NCBI GenBank assembly: GCA_031364845.1
Contig: JANLWX010000028.1
Span: forward strand, 1 to 64,000
From: Candidatus Eiseniibacteriota bacterium
GTDB taxonomy: Bacteria; Eisenbacteria; RBG-16-71-46
Reading direction: 5' to 3'
Length of the DNA stretch: 64,000 bases
Shown: positions 16,187 to 27,200 of the stretch, piece after piece
Position numbering within the stretch: position 1 is the first letter of the stretch
How the letters are laid out: each line of letters opens with the position of its first letter
Made by a program: the position numbers and the translations under genes
Notes under the pieces: model-generated
What the model was told of the DNA's origin: nothing
What the model saw: the letters and a program-made list of their open reading frames with translations, nothing else
Database searches by the model: none

Positions 16187-19100
16187 ATGCCAAAGATCGA
16201 GGCGGCGACCACGCTGCCTCGCGAGGACAACACGACCTCGCGGGGCAGTCTCGTCGTTTCGCCCGGTGCGATCCTCTCCAACGGGCGGCTCTCGGTTGCG
16301 ATCACCGGACGCGGCACCGGTTTCACTTCTCACGGCGGGTCCCTGCTCACGCGCTGGGCCGGCGATCCGGTCGAGGACCGCGACGGCAGCTTCGTCTATC
16401 TGCGTGACCTCGACTCGCGTGAGGTGTGGACTGCGGGTACCGAGCCGCTAGCCGGTGTTCCCGACGCCTACGAATCCACGTGGCGCCCCGGCGTGTTCAC
16501 GATCGAGCGGCGCGACCACGGCATCGAGACGAAGCTCGAAGTCGCCGTGATGCCGGACGCCGATGCCGAGGTGCGGCGCGTCACGTTGCGCAATCGCTCG
16601 CGTCGCGCGCGGCGCATCGAGATCACGAGCTTCGCGCCGGTCGTGATTCACGACGCCGCGGCTGACGCCTCGCATCCGGCGTTCTCACGGTTGTTCGTCC
16701 AGACCGAATTCGACTCCTCAACGCGCGCGCTGGTCGTGTCCCGGCGGCCGCGGCATCCGGACGAGCAGCATCCGTGGCTGGTACACGTGATGACCGGCGC
16801 GGGCCGGCTCGAGCACGAAACCGACCGCGACCGCTTCATCGGCCGCGGCGGCACCACGGCAGCACCGCGCGCGCTTTCGTCGCGCGGGCGGCTTTCGGGA
16901 ACCACCGGCAACGTGCTCGACCCGATCGTGAGCCTGCGGCGGGTCGTGAAGCTCGAGCCCGGCGGGATCGCGCACGTGTTCTTTGGGCTGGGTGCGGCGT
17001 TCGATCGCGAAGCCGCGCTGGAACTGGCGCGCGTGGTGCAGCGCGACGCGGATGCGGCGTTCGACCTCGCGGAGCACGCGGAGGTTGCCCGGCTGGCACT
17101 CGCGGGCGTGACGCCCGCACTCGAAGAACGCCGGCAGGCGCTCGCGGTCGCGACGTTGTACGGGCGGTTCGTGGAATCCGTTGCCGGTAGGGTGGCGGCG
17201 GGCACGAAGCCCGTGTCCATCACCGATCAACTCCATGCGGCCGGGACCGCGACCCCGTCGCCGAGCGTGAATCGCGTCCGCATCGCCGCGCACGCCACCG
17301 CGCACCACAACGGCGTCGCGCGGCTCCCCGCGCAGCGCTCCTCACGCGCGACCTCGCGGCGGCGCACCGCGACGCCCGAGCCGCTCCAGTTCTGGAACGG
17401 CTACGGCGGGTTTTCGGCCGAAGGCACCGAGTATGTCATCCGACTCGCCCACCATAAGGAGCTTGGTCTCTCGCTGCCGCCGGCACCGTGGGTCAACGTG
17501 CTCGCGAACGAGAGCTTCGGTGCGCTCGTGAGCGAGACCGGCGCGGGATGCACGTGGAGCCGCAACAGCCGGGAGCATCGCCTGACGACGTGGTCCAACG
17601 ACCCGCTGCTCGATCCGCACGGCGAGGCGCTCTACCTGCGCGACGAAGCGAGCGGCGAGTCGTGGTCGCCGCTGCCCGGTCCGCGACCCGCGGCCGCCGA
17701 TTACGAAATGCGCCACGGTTTCGGCGTGAGCCGCTGCACCCATTCGAGCCACGGGCTCGAACAGGTGACCGAGATCTTCGTGCCTGCGCGCGAGCCGGTG
17801 AAGATCGTGCGCCTGCGGATCACGAATGCATCGGCGGCCCCGAGGCGCCTCGCGGTGTTCTCGTATCAACGGCTGGTGCTGGGATCGGACACCCGCGATC
17901 ACGCGCGCACGGTGGAAGTCGAGCAGGACCGTGACTCAGGAATTCTGCTCGCGCGCAATCCCGCGTCGGGACCCTACGCCGGGGGCATCGCGTTCTCCAC
18001 GGTCGTCGCATCCGGCGGCGTTTCTGCTTCGCACGTCACGCGCAATCGCGAGGCGTTCCTCGGAGTGAACGGCAATCCGTCCGACCCCAGAGCGCTCCAC
18101 GGTGGCACGCTTCGCGATGTTCCGGCCGGCGGCGATCCGTGTTTCGCGCGGCAGATCGTGATCGAGATCGCGCCGTCGGCGGTGTTCGAATGCGCGTTCC
18201 TGCTCGGCGAGACGATGGATCTGTCGAGCGTGCGCGAACTCGTCGAGCGCCTGGGCACCGGGGGTGCGATCGAAGCCGCGCTGCTCGCAACCCGCGAAGT
18301 GTGGGCCGAGCGCGTCTCGGCGGTCGCGATCCGCACGCCGCGCCCGGCGATCGATCTGATGGTGAACGGCTGGCTCGCCTACCAGACGCTCGCGTGCCGG
18401 CTGTGGGGGCGCACCGCGTTCTACCAGTCGGGCGGAGCGCTCGGGTTCCGCGACCAGCTCCAGGACGCGGCGTCGCTGCTCATGTGGTCGCCCGGTATTT
18501 TGCGCGAGCAGATCCTGACGCACGCCAGCCACCAGTTCGTGGAAGGCGACGTGCTCCACTGGTGGCACCCGCCCGATGCGCGCGGGATTCGCACGCGCTT
18601 CGCCGACGATTTGCTGTGGCTGCCGTGGCTCACCGCCGGATATGTCACGGCCACCGGCGATGCGGCGGTATTGGACGAGCAGACGCGCTATGTCACTGCC
18701 CGCGCACTCGAGGACGGCGAGGACGAAGCATTTCTCGTCCCCGAGGATTCCGGTGAGAGCGGTGATGTCTACGAGCACTGCTGCCGGGCGATCGACCGAT
18801 CGCTCGCGACCGGTATCCACGGCCTGCCGCTGTTCGGCACCGGTGACTGGAACGACGGCATGAATCGCGTGGGCCGCGAAGGCCGCGGCGAAAGCGTGTG
18901 GATGGGCTTCTTCCTCTACACCGTGCTTGGCGAGTTCCTCGCGCTGTGCGAACGGCGCGCCGACCGCGCGCGGATCGAGCGCTATGTCGCGCATCGTGAA
19001 CATCTGAAGACCGCGCTCAACGATGCCGGATGGGACGGCGGCTGGTACCGGCGCGGCTACTACGACGACGGCACCGCGCTCGGCACGAAGGACGGCGACG

Positions 19101-19828
19101 AGTGCCGCATCGACGCGCTGGCTCAGGCGTGGGCGGTGTTGTCGGGCGCGGCACCGAAGGCGCGCGCCCGGCGCGCGATCGACGCGGTGGAGCAACGCCT
19201 CGTGAGCGAGCGCCAGCAGTTGATCAAGCTGCTCGATCCGCCGTTCGAGCACACGCCGCACGATCCCGGCTACATCAAGGGTTACGTGCCCGGCGTGCGC
19301 GAGAACGGCGGGCAGTACACGCATGCCGCGCTGTGGGTGGTGCGGGCGGTCGCCGAACTCGGACGTAACGATCGCGCGGCAGCCCTGCTCGAGATGCTGA
19401 GTCCGGTCCGTCACACGCGCACGCGCGCGCAGGCGGATCAGTATCGTGTGGAGCCGTACGTGATCGCCGCCGACGTGTACGGCGCGGCACCTCACGTCGG
19501 ACGGGGAGGCTGGACGTGGTACACGGGATCGGCGGGATGGATGCTGCGGGTCACGCTGGAGTCGGTGCTCGGCGTGAGGCTCGAACAGGGAAGGACGCTC
19601 ACGATCGCGCCGTGCGTTCCCGATCAGTGGCCGGGCTTCGACGTGCGCTGGACGGTGCCGGGCGAGTCGACGGTCTACGAGATCGTGGTGCGGAATCCGA
19701 AGCGCCGCGCGCGGCGGGTGGTGACGGCCAAGGTGGACGGACAGCGCGCGGCAGTCGTCCGCGGCGTGGCACGGATTGCGATCGAACACGATCAACGCGC
19801 CCATCGCATCGACGTGGTGCTGGGTTGA
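16187..19828 (+). CDS. GH94 glycoside phosphorylase with two N-terminal beta-sandwich domains (resembles the C-terminal module of cyclic beta-1,2-glucan synthase)
   Basis: HPAFSRLFVQTEF, TTGNVLDP, PAPWVNVLAN, FYQSGGALGFRDQLQD, GDWNDGMN, YVPGVRENGGQYTHAA, GRGGWTWYTGSAGW. Confidence 0.9.
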   Translation: MPKIEAATTLPREDNTTSRGSLVVSPGAILSNGRLSVAITGRGTGFTSHGGSLLTRWAGDPVEDRDGSFVYLRDLDSREVWTAGTEPLAGVPDAYESTWRPGVFTIERRDHGIETKLEVAVMPDADAEVRRVTLRNRSRRARRIEITSFAPVVIHDAAADASHPAFSRLFVQTEFDSSTRALVVSRRPRHPDEQHPWLVHVMTGAGRLEHETDRDRFIGRGGTTAAPRALSSRGRLSGTTGNVLDPIVSLRRVVKLEPGGIAHVFFGLGAAFDREAALELARVVQRDADAAFDLAEHAEVARLALAGVTPALEERRQALAVATLYGRFVESVAGRVAAGTKPVSITDQLHAAGTATPSPSVNRVRIAAHATAHHNGVARLPAQRSSRATSRRRTATPEPLQFWNGYGGFSAEGTEYVIRLAHHKELGLSLPPAPWVNVLANESFGALVSETGAGCTWSRNSREHRLTTWSNDPLLDPHGEALYLRDEASGESWSPLPGPRPAAADYEMRHGFGVSRCTHSSHGLEQVTEIFVPAREPVKIVRLRITNASAAPRRLAVFSYQRLVLGSDTRDHARTVEVEQDRDSGILLARNPASGPYAGGIAFSTVVASGGVSASHVTRNREAFLGVNGNPSDPRALHGGTLRDVPAGGDPCFARQIVIEIAPSAVFECAFLLGETMDLSSVRELVERLGTGGAIEAALLATREVWAERVSAVAIRTPRPAIDLMVNGWLAYQTLACRLWGRTAFYQSGGALGFRDQLQDAASLLMWSPGILREQILTHASHQFVEGDVLHWWHPPDARGIRTRFADDLLWLPWLTAGYVTATGDAAVLDEQTRYVTARALEDGEDEAFLVPEDSGESGDVYEHCCRAIDRSLATGIHGLPLFGTGDWNDGMNRVGREGRGESVWMGFFLYTVLGEFLALCERRADRARIERYVAHREHLKTALNDAGWDGGWYRRGYYDDGTALGTKDGDECRIDALAQAWAVLSGAAPKARARRAIDAVEQRLVSERQQLIKLLDPPFEHTPHDPGYIKGYVPGVRENGGQYTHAALWVVRAVAELGRNDRAAALLEMLSPVRHTRTRAQADQYRVEPYVIAADVYGAAPHVGRGGWTWYTGSAGWMLRVTLESVLGVRLEQGRTLTIAPCVPDQWPGFDVRWTVPGESTVYEIVVRNPKRRARRVVTAKVDGQRAAVVRGVARIAIEHDQRAHRIDVVLG

Positions 19829-21279
19829 GATCGATCGTCACGCGGCCGGCGTGGGTACTGCTCGCGCTGTTCGCGATCGCGACGGCGTCGTGCTCGTCGA
19901 CCGCAACGCGAGCCGTCGCAACCGCGACCGCACCGCGCCACTCGGCGCGCGAAACCGCGTTCCTCGACACGCTCGAACACCGCACGTTCCGGTTCTTCTG
20001 GGAGCAGAGCGACTCGGTGACCGGCATGGCGCCCGATCGCTGGCCGACGCGCTCGTTCGTGAGCGTGGGTGCGGTCGGCTTCGCGCTCACCGCGTACCCG
20101 ATCGGTGCCGAGCGCGGCTGGGTGCCGCGTGCGGCGGCGGTCGAACGCACGGCGCGCACGTTGCGCTGGTTCTGGGCCGCGCGCCAGGACACCGCCGCCC
20201 AGGGTGCGACCGGCTATCGCGGGTTCTACTACCACTTCCTGCACCCGACCACCGGCACACGCTTCGAGACGGTCGAACTGTCGACCATGGACACGGCACT
20301 GCTGCTCGCGGGGGCGCTGTTCTGCCAGTCGTATTTCGATCGCCCCGGGCCCGCCGAAGCCGAAGTGCGCGCGCTCGCCGATTCGATCTACCGCCGCGTC
20401 GACTGGCGCTGGGCGCAGGTGCGTCCGCCCACGATCGCGCTCGGATGGAATCCCGAAGGCGGACACCTGCCGTACGACTGGCGCGGCTACAACGAGACGA
20501 TGCTGCTGCACATCCTCGCACTCGGATCGCCGACGCACCCGGTCGGGCCCGACACGTGGCGCTCATACACCAGCGCCTATCGTTTCGGCACCTACCAGGG
20601 ACAGGAGCATCTCGGTTTCGCGCCGCTGTTCGGACATCAGTACTCGCACGTGTGGATCGACTTCCGCGGCATCCGCGACAGCGTGATGCGGGCGCACGAT
20701 CTCGACTACTTCGAGAACTCGCGGCGCGCCACACTCGCGCAGCGCGCGTACGCGATCGAAAATCCTTCGGGCTGGGCCGGTTATGGCGCGAATCTGTGGG
20801 GGCTCACCGCGTGCGATGGTCCGGTCGAGAAGGCGATGACGATCGACGGGCGCGCGCGGCAGTTCCACACCTACTGGGCGCGCGGCGCGTCGTTCACCGA
20901 GGTGAACGACGACGGAACGCTGTCGCCGACCGCGGCGGGCGGATCGATTCCGTTCGCGCCCGAGATCGCGATCCCCGCGCTGATGACGATGCGCGAGCGC
21001 TTCGGCGCCCACGTGTTCGGCGAGTACGGATTCGTCGACGCGTTCAACCCCACGCTGCGCGAGGCGATCCCCGTGCAGCACGGCCGCGTCGTGCCGGATG
21101 TGGGCTGGTTCGACACCGATTACCTCGGCATCGATCAGGGACCGATCCTCGCGATGGCCGAGAATCATCGCACGCAGCTGGTGTGGCGCACACTGCGGAA
21201 GAATCCGCACATCGTGCGCGGCCTGCGCGCGGCGGGCTTCACCGGCGGCTGGCTCGACGGAGCGCCGGTCGCGCGATGA
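19825..21279 (+). CDS. GH144-like endo-beta-1,2-glucanase, lipoprotein
   Basis: TTG start overlapping upstream TGA; lipobox TASC; GFYYHFL, ELSTMDTALL, GYNE, PLFGHQYSH, WGLTACD, YLGIDQGPI. Confidence 0.88.
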   Translation: MRSIVTRPAWVLLALFAIATASCSSTATRAVATATAPRHSARETAFLDTLEHRTFRFFWEQSDSVTGMAPDRWPTRSFVSVGAVGFALTAYPIGAERGWVPRAAAVERTARTLRWFWAARQDTAAQGATGYRGFYYHFLHPTTGTRFETVELSTMDTALLLAGALFCQSYFDRPGPAEAEVRALADSIYRRVDWRWAQVRPPTIALGWNPEGGHLPYDWRGYNETMLLHILALGSPTHPVGPDTWRSYTSAYRFGTYQGQEHLGFAPLFGHQYSHVWIDFRGIRDSVMRAHDLDYFENSRRATLAQRAYAIENPSGWAGYGANLWGLTACDGPVEKAMTIDGRARQFHTYWARGASFTEVNDDGTLSPTAAGGSIPFAPEIAIPALMTMRERFGAHVFGEYGFVDAFNPTLREAIPVQHGRVVPDVGWFDTDYLGIDQGPILAMAENHRTQLVWRTLRKNPHIVRGLRAAGFTGGWLDGAPVAR

Positions 21280-22568
21280 ACTCGCGCCTCAGGGATCTGT
21301 GCCTCGCCGCACTGCTCGCCCTCTCCGCCGCCGGCTGCAGCACGGCGCGCAGCGGCGAGCCGGTCACGCTCCGGTTCTGGGCGATGGGCCGCGAGGGTGA
21401 GGTCGTCGAGGAGCTGGTGCGCGACTTCGAGCGCGAGCAGCCCGGCATTCGCGTCGAGGTGCAGCAAATTCCGTGGGGTGCCGCGCATGAAAAGCTGCTC
21501 ACATCCCATGTCGGCAACTCCACACCCGACGCGGGGCAGCTCGGCAACACGTGGATCTCCGAGTTCGTCGCGCTGCGGGCGATCGAGCCGCTCGCCGAAT
21601 GGGTGCGCGGTTCGGCGGCGGTTCCCGAGAGCGCCTACTTCGCGGGCATCTGGGACACCAACGTCATCGACGGCACCGCGTACGGGATTCCGTGGTACGT
21701 GGACACGCGTCTGCTGTTCTATCGCAAGGACCTGCTCGCGCGCGCCGGCTACGCCTCGATGCCCGAGACGTGGGACGAGTGGCGCCGCGCGATGGAGGCC
21801 GTGAAGAAGCTCGGCGTCGGCCCTTACGCGATCTTCCTGCCGACCAACGAATACACGCCGTGGATCATCTTCGGCCTCCAGACCGGATCGGCGCTGCTCG
21901 CCGAGGACGGCACCCGCGGCGCGTTCTCGTCACCCGAGTACCGCCGCGCGATGGCGTTCACCATGGACCTGTTCGATCGCGGGCTCGCACCCAAGGTGCC
22001 CGGCGCTTCGATCGCCAATCTCTATCAGGAGTTCGAGCGCGGCACGTTCGCCATGTACATCTCGGGGCCGTGGCAGCTCGGCGAATTCGCACGCCGCCTG
22101 CCGCCGGAAATGCAGTCGGCGTGGGACGTCGCACCGTTGCCCGGCCCCGATGGGCCCGGCGCCTCGGTCGCCGGCGGATCGAGCCTCGTGATGTTCCGCG
22201 GCTCCAGGCACAAGGCCGAAGCGTGGAAGCTGATCGAGTTCCTCTCGCGCCCCGAGCAGCAGGTGCGTTTCTTCCGGCTCACCGGCGACCTGCCGGCGCG
22301 TGTCGAAGCGTGGCGCGACACGGCACTCACCAACGACCGCCGCCTCGGCGCGTTCGAACGGCAACTGCGCCACGCAGTGTCGACGCCCAAGGTGCCGGAG
22401 TGGGAGCAGATCTCGGTCAAGCTCCAGGACCGCGTGGAATCGGTGGTGCTCGGCGGCACGCTTCCAGACTCGGCACTCGCCGCGCTCGACCGCGACGTCG
22501 ACCGCATGCTCGAGAAGCGCCGCTGGCTCATGTCGCGGCGCCACGCCGCCGCCGCGGGGACGCGATGA
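21276..22568 (+). CDS. Sugar ABC transporter substrate-binding lipoprotein
   Basis: Lipobox AAGC; FWAMGREG, QQIPW, YGIPWYVDTRLLFYRKD, GGSSLVMF. Confidence 0.92.
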   Translation: MNSRLRDLCLAALLALSAAGCSTARSGEPVTLRFWAMGREGEVVEELVRDFEREQPGIRVEVQQIPWGAAHEKLLTSHVGNSTPDAGQLGNTWISEFVALRAIEPLAEWVRGSAAVPESAYFAGIWDTNVIDGTAYGIPWYVDTRLLFYRKDLLARAGYASMPETWDEWRRAMEAVKKLGVGPYAIFLPTNEYTPWIIFGLQTGSALLAEDGTRGAFSSPEYRRAMAFTMDLFDRGLAPKVPGASIANLYQEFERGTFAMYISGPWQLGEFARRLPPEMQSAWDVAPLPGPDGPGASVAGGSSLVMFRGSRHKAEAWKLIEFLSRPEQQVRFFRLTGDLPARVEAWRDTALTNDRRLGAFERQLRHAVSTPKVPEWEQISVKLQDRVESVVLGGTLPDSALAALDRDVDRMLEKRRWLMSRRHAAAAGTR

Positions 22569-23464
22569 GTTCCGCCCAGCTCCCCAGCCGCACCCAGTCG
22601 CGCGCCGCGTGGTGGTTCCTTGCCCCCGCACTCGGGCTGATCACGGTGTTCTTCGCGGTGCCGGTCGTGATCGGCCTGTTCCTGAGCCTCACCGACTTCG
22701 ATCTCTATGCGATCGGCGATCTGTCGAGCGTGCGCTTCCTCGGGCTCGGCAACTACGGGCAGGTGCTCGCGAATCCGCTGTTCTGGAAGGCGCTCGGCAA
22801 CACGTTCTTCTACGTGATCGTCGGCGGACCGCTGTCGGTGGTCGCCTCGCTCGTGGCGGCGCTGCTCGTGAGCTCGCGCCTCGCGCGCTTCCAGGGCTTC
22901 TTCCGCTCGGTGTTCTTCGTGCCGGTCGTCACCACGCTGGTCGCGGTGTCGATCGTGTGGCGCTACCTCTACCATCCGCAGTACGGCCTGATCGACGGAC
23001 TGCTGCGCGCGATCGGCATCGCGCCGATCGACTGGCTCGGCGATCCGCACTACGCGATGCCCGCGATCATCGTGCTCGCGGTGTGGAAGAACTTCGGCTA
23101 CAACATGCTGATCTTCGTCGCCGGCCTGCAGAGCATCCCGGACGATCTCTACGAAGCCGCTCGCCTCGACGGCGCCGGCGCGTGGCAGCAGTTCCGCCAC
23201 ATCACGGTGCCGGGACTCGGGCCCACGTTCCTGTTCGTCGGCGTGATGACGATGCTCGGCCACTTCCAGTTGTTCTCCGAACCCTACGTGATGACGCAGG
23301 GTGGCCCGCTCAAGAGCACGCTGAGCGTGGTGCTGCTCATGTACGAGGAAGGGTTCCGCTGGTGGCGCATGGGTCTCGCCGCCGCGATCGCGTTCGTGCT
23401 GTTCGTGATCATGCTGATCGGAACCATGATCCAGATGCGCCTGCAGCGTTCGAGGGCCGCATGA
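22565..23464 (+). CDS. Carbohydrate ABC transporter permease
   Basis: FLAPAL, multiple TM segments, EAA loop LYEAARLDGAGAWQQFRHITVP. Confidence 0.95.
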   Translation: MSSAQLPSRTQSRAAWWFLAPALGLITVFFAVPVVIGLFLSLTDFDLYAIGDLSSVRFLGLGNYGQVLANPLFWKALGNTFFYVIVGGPLSVVASLVAALLVSSRLARFQGFFRSVFFVPVVTTLVAVSIVWRYLYHPQYGLIDGLLRAIGIAPIDWLGDPHYAMPAIIVLAVWKNFGYNMLIFVAGLQSIPDDLYEAARLDGAGAWQQFRHITVPGLGPTFLFVGVMTMLGHFQLFSEPYVMTQGGPLKSTLSVVLLMYEEGFRWWRMGLAAAIAFVLFVIMLIGTMIQMRLQRSRAA

Positions 23465-24282
23465 AGCGCGCGATGCCGTCCCTGTTCGTCCACGTCGCGC
23501 TGGTGATCGGCGCGCTGCTCACGATGACGCCGCTGCTGTGGATGGTGTCGGCGTCGTTCATGCCGCCGGGCGAGGCGAACACGTTTCCGCCGCGGCTGTT
23601 CCCGAGCGTCGCGACCCCCGAGCACTACGTCGCGCTGTTCACGCGGCTCAACTTGGCGCGCACGCTGATGAACAGCATGATCGTCGCGATCGGCGCGACC
23701 GCGATCTCGGTGCTCGTCAACGGGCTCGCGGGCTATGCGTTCGCCAAGCTGCATTTCGGCGCCCGCGACCGGCTGTTCCGGATCCTGCTCGCGGCACTCG
23801 TGATCCCCGGGCAGGTCGGCATGCTGCCTCTGTTCCTGATGCTCCAGAAGATGGGGCTCGTGAACACGCTGTGGGGCGTGATGATTCCCGGCCTCGCGAG
23901 CATCTTCGGAATCTTCATGGTGCGCCAGTACGCGACCAGCATCCCCGACGAGCTGCTCGACGCGGCGCGCGTCGACGGCGCGAGCGAGTTCCGGATCTAC
24001 TGGACGATCGTGATGCCGCTGCTGCGCCCGATCCTCGTGACCCTGGCCGCGTTCACGTTCCTCTCGATGTGGAACGACTTCATGTGGCCGCTGATCATCC
24101 TGAGCGACGAGCGCAAGTACACGCTGCCGGTGGCGCTCGCGAATCTCGTGGGCGAACACGTGCAGGACACCGAGCTCATGATGGCGGGCTCGATGCTGAC
24201 GGTGCTGCCGGTGCTGATCGTGTTCCTGGTGCTCCAGCGCTGGTATCTGCGCGGCGTGATGATGGGGGCGGTCAAGGGATGA
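23461..24282 (+). CDS. Carbohydrate ABC transporter permease
   Basis: AGYAFAKL, IPDELLDAARVDGASEFRIY, WNDFMWPLI. Confidence 0.95.
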   Translation: MKRAMPSLFVHVALVIGALLTMTPLLWMVSASFMPPGEANTFPPRLFPSVATPEHYVALFTRLNLARTLMNSMIVAIGATAISVLVNGLAGYAFAKLHFGARDRLFRILLAALVIPGQVGMLPLFLMLQKMGLVNTLWGVMIPGLASIFGIFMVRQYATSIPDELLDAARVDGASEFRIYWTIVMPLLRPILVTLAAFTFLSMWNDFMWPLIILSDERKYTLPVALANLVGEHVQDTELMMAGSMLTVLPVLIVFLVLQRWYLRGVMMGAVKG

Positions 24283-27200
24283 ACGCTTGGACTGCGGCCG
24301 GCACCGCCGGCCTGTGCAATCGACGCAGGCCGGGGCCGGGCGTCAGCGCGTCGTTCTTGGCGTTCGTGCTCGTGTCCGTGATCGGAGTTGCAGCCCACGC
24401 AGCGCCTCCGGCGCCGCGTGTACATCTGGATGCGTTCGATGACGTCTCCGCGTGGAGTGCGGTGCCCGCGAGCGGCGTTCAACTGCGGATCGGCTCCGAC
24501 GCCGGAACCCACGGCCGCGCGATGCGGCTCGATTTCGATTTCGGCGGGGGCGGCGGCTACGCGGTCGCGCGCCGCGCGATCGCGATCGATCTACCCGCGA
24601 ACTACCGCTTCCGTTTCGCGGTGCGCGGCGACTGCAAGCCCAACGACCTCGAGTTCAAGCTGATCGACGCGAGCGGCGACAACGTGTGGTGGAACAACCG
24701 CCGCAACTTCGTGTTCCCGGCCCAGTGGGAAACGCTCACCACGCGCAAACGCCAGATCGGCTTCGCGTGGGGGCCGAGCAACGCCGAGCTGCGCCACGTC
24801 GCGGCGATCGAGATCGCGATCACCGCCGGCAGCGGAGGCAAGGGTACGGTGTGGCTCGACGAGTTCACGCTGGAGCCGCTTCCCGTGGCGAGTGCCACTC
24901 CGCCGGCGGTTGCGGCCCGCGCATCGTCATCGCGTCCGCGCTCGCCGGCCGCCGCGGCGGTGGATCGCGACTCCGCGAGCGTGTGGGCGAGCGATGCCGG
25001 CGACAGCCGCCCGTGGCTTGCGCTCGATCTGGGAGGAGAGCGCGAATTCGGCGGGCTTGTGATCGACTGGGCCGACGGGCGCCATGCGACGGACTACGAC
25101 GTGGAGGTTTCGGGCGACGGCACCGCATGGCGGCCGCTTCGCGCGGTGCGCGGCGCCAACGGCGGGCGCGATCACCTGTACCTGCCCGAGTCCGAAGCGC
25201 GCGCCCTCCGCGTGCGCGCGACGCGCGCCGTCGCCGCGCGTGGCATCGCGATCCGGTCGATCACGGTCGAGCCCCTCGAGTGGTCGGCATCGCTCGGACA
25301 CTTCTACGAGACGCTGGCCGCGGAAGCGCCGCACGGCAGCTATCCGCGCGGGCTGTTGCAGGAGCAATCCTATTGGGCGGTGCTCGGCACGGATCGCGGT
25401 GAAGTCGAGGAGGCGATGCTGGGCGAAGACGGCATGCTCGAGACGGGCAAAGCGCAGTACTCGATCGAGCCGTTCCTGCGCGTCAACGATTCGCTCGTGA
25501 CGTGGGCCGACGTCCAAGCCAGCCACCGCCTCGCGGAAGGCGATCTGCCGATTCCGACCGTGACGTGGCGTCGCGGCGAGACGGAGTTGTCGGTGACGGC
25601 GTTCGCGTTCGACCCGCTGGACGAAACTCCGGCGGCGCTCGCGGGCCTTGCGCGCAACGGTCTCGGCGTGCTCGCGCGCTACCGCGTGACCCATCAGGGC
25701 CAGCGTCCCGCGCGTATCACGCTCTATCTCGCGCTGCGCCCGTTCCAGGTGAATCCGCTGTCCCAGTTCCTCAACACCGCGGGCGGTGTCGCCACGATCC
25801 GAACGCTCGCGCGCGAAGGTGCGGTGGTGCGCGTGAATGGCGATCGCGGGATCGTCTCCCTCACGCCGCCCGCGCGCTTCGGGGCGGCGGCGTTCGATCA
25901 CGGCGACATCGTCGAGTTCCTGCGCCGGGGCGGCGTGCCCGCGCGCGACAGCGTGTCCGATCCCTTTGAGCACGCGTCGGGCGCGCTCGAATACGTGTTC
26001 GACATTCCCGCCGGCGGCACGCGCGAAGTGGACGTGTTCATTCCGTTGCGCGGACGGCCTTCGGCGCCCGCGGTCGTGCCCACGCCCGCGATGGTCGCGC
26101 AGGCCGAGGCGGCGAGCGTGAAGCGCTGGGCCGCTCATCGCCGCGGAATCACGATCGAGGTTCCGCAGGCGGGGGCCGAGGAGATCCGCGCGATGCGCGC
26201 GCAACTCGGATGGATCCTGATCAACCGCGACGGTGCGGCGATCCAGCCGGGATCGCGCTCGTACGAGCGCTCGTGGATCCGCGACGGCTCGCTCACCTCG
26301 ACCGCACTGCTGCGGCTCGGCCATCCCGAGGTCGTGCGCGAGTTCATCACCTGGTTCGCGGGGCATCTCTATCCCGACGGCAAGGTGCCGTGCTGCGTCG
26401 ATGCGCGCGGCGCCGATCCCGTGCCCGAGCACGACAGCCACGGCGAGTTCATCTACCTCGTCGCCGAGTACTACCGCTACACCGGCGATCGCGCGCTGAT
26501 CGAGCAGCAGTGGCCGGCGATCGCGCGCGCGGTCGCGCACATGGATTCGCTGCGCCAGACGCGGCGCACCGCGGAATGGCGGGTACCCGCGAAGCGCGAG
26601 TTCTTCGGCCTGCTGCCGCCTTCGATCAGCCACGAAGGCTACTCGGCGAAACCGATGCACTCCTACTGGGACGATTTCTTCGCCCTGCGCGGATTCAAGG
26701 ACGCGGCGTGGCTGGCGGGAGTGCTCGGACGCCGGTCGCAGCAGATCGCGTTCACCGCGATGCGCGATCAGTTCCAGCGCGAACTCGGTGCCTCGATCAA
26801 GGCGGCAATGGCGCGCCATCGCATCGACTACATCCCGGGCTGTGCCGACCTTGGCGACTTCGACGCGACCTCGACCACGATCGCGCTCGCGCCGGCATCC
26901 GCCGAAGCGGCGCTGCCGCCGGGGGCACTGGCGCGCACGTTCGAGAAGTACTGGGAATTCTTCCGCGAGCGGCGCGTGAGCACGACATGGGACGCGTACA
27001 CACCTTACGAAACGCGCGTCATCGGCAGCATGGTGCGGCTAGGCTGGCGCGAGCGCGCCGATTCGCTGGCGACCTGGTTCCTGCGTGACCGGCGTCCGCT
27101 CGGTTGGCAGCAGTGGGCCGAAGTGGTCGATCGCGAACCGCGCCACGTGCGCTTCATCGGCGACATGCCGCATACGTGGGTCGGCTCCGACTTCGTGCGT

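Noticed and set aside
14550..19828. Split or frameshifted cyclic beta-1,2-glucan synthase (GH144-like + GH94)
   Set aside because: The upstream gene has its own signal peptide and complete CTD; no synthase or TM domain; they read as two intact genes
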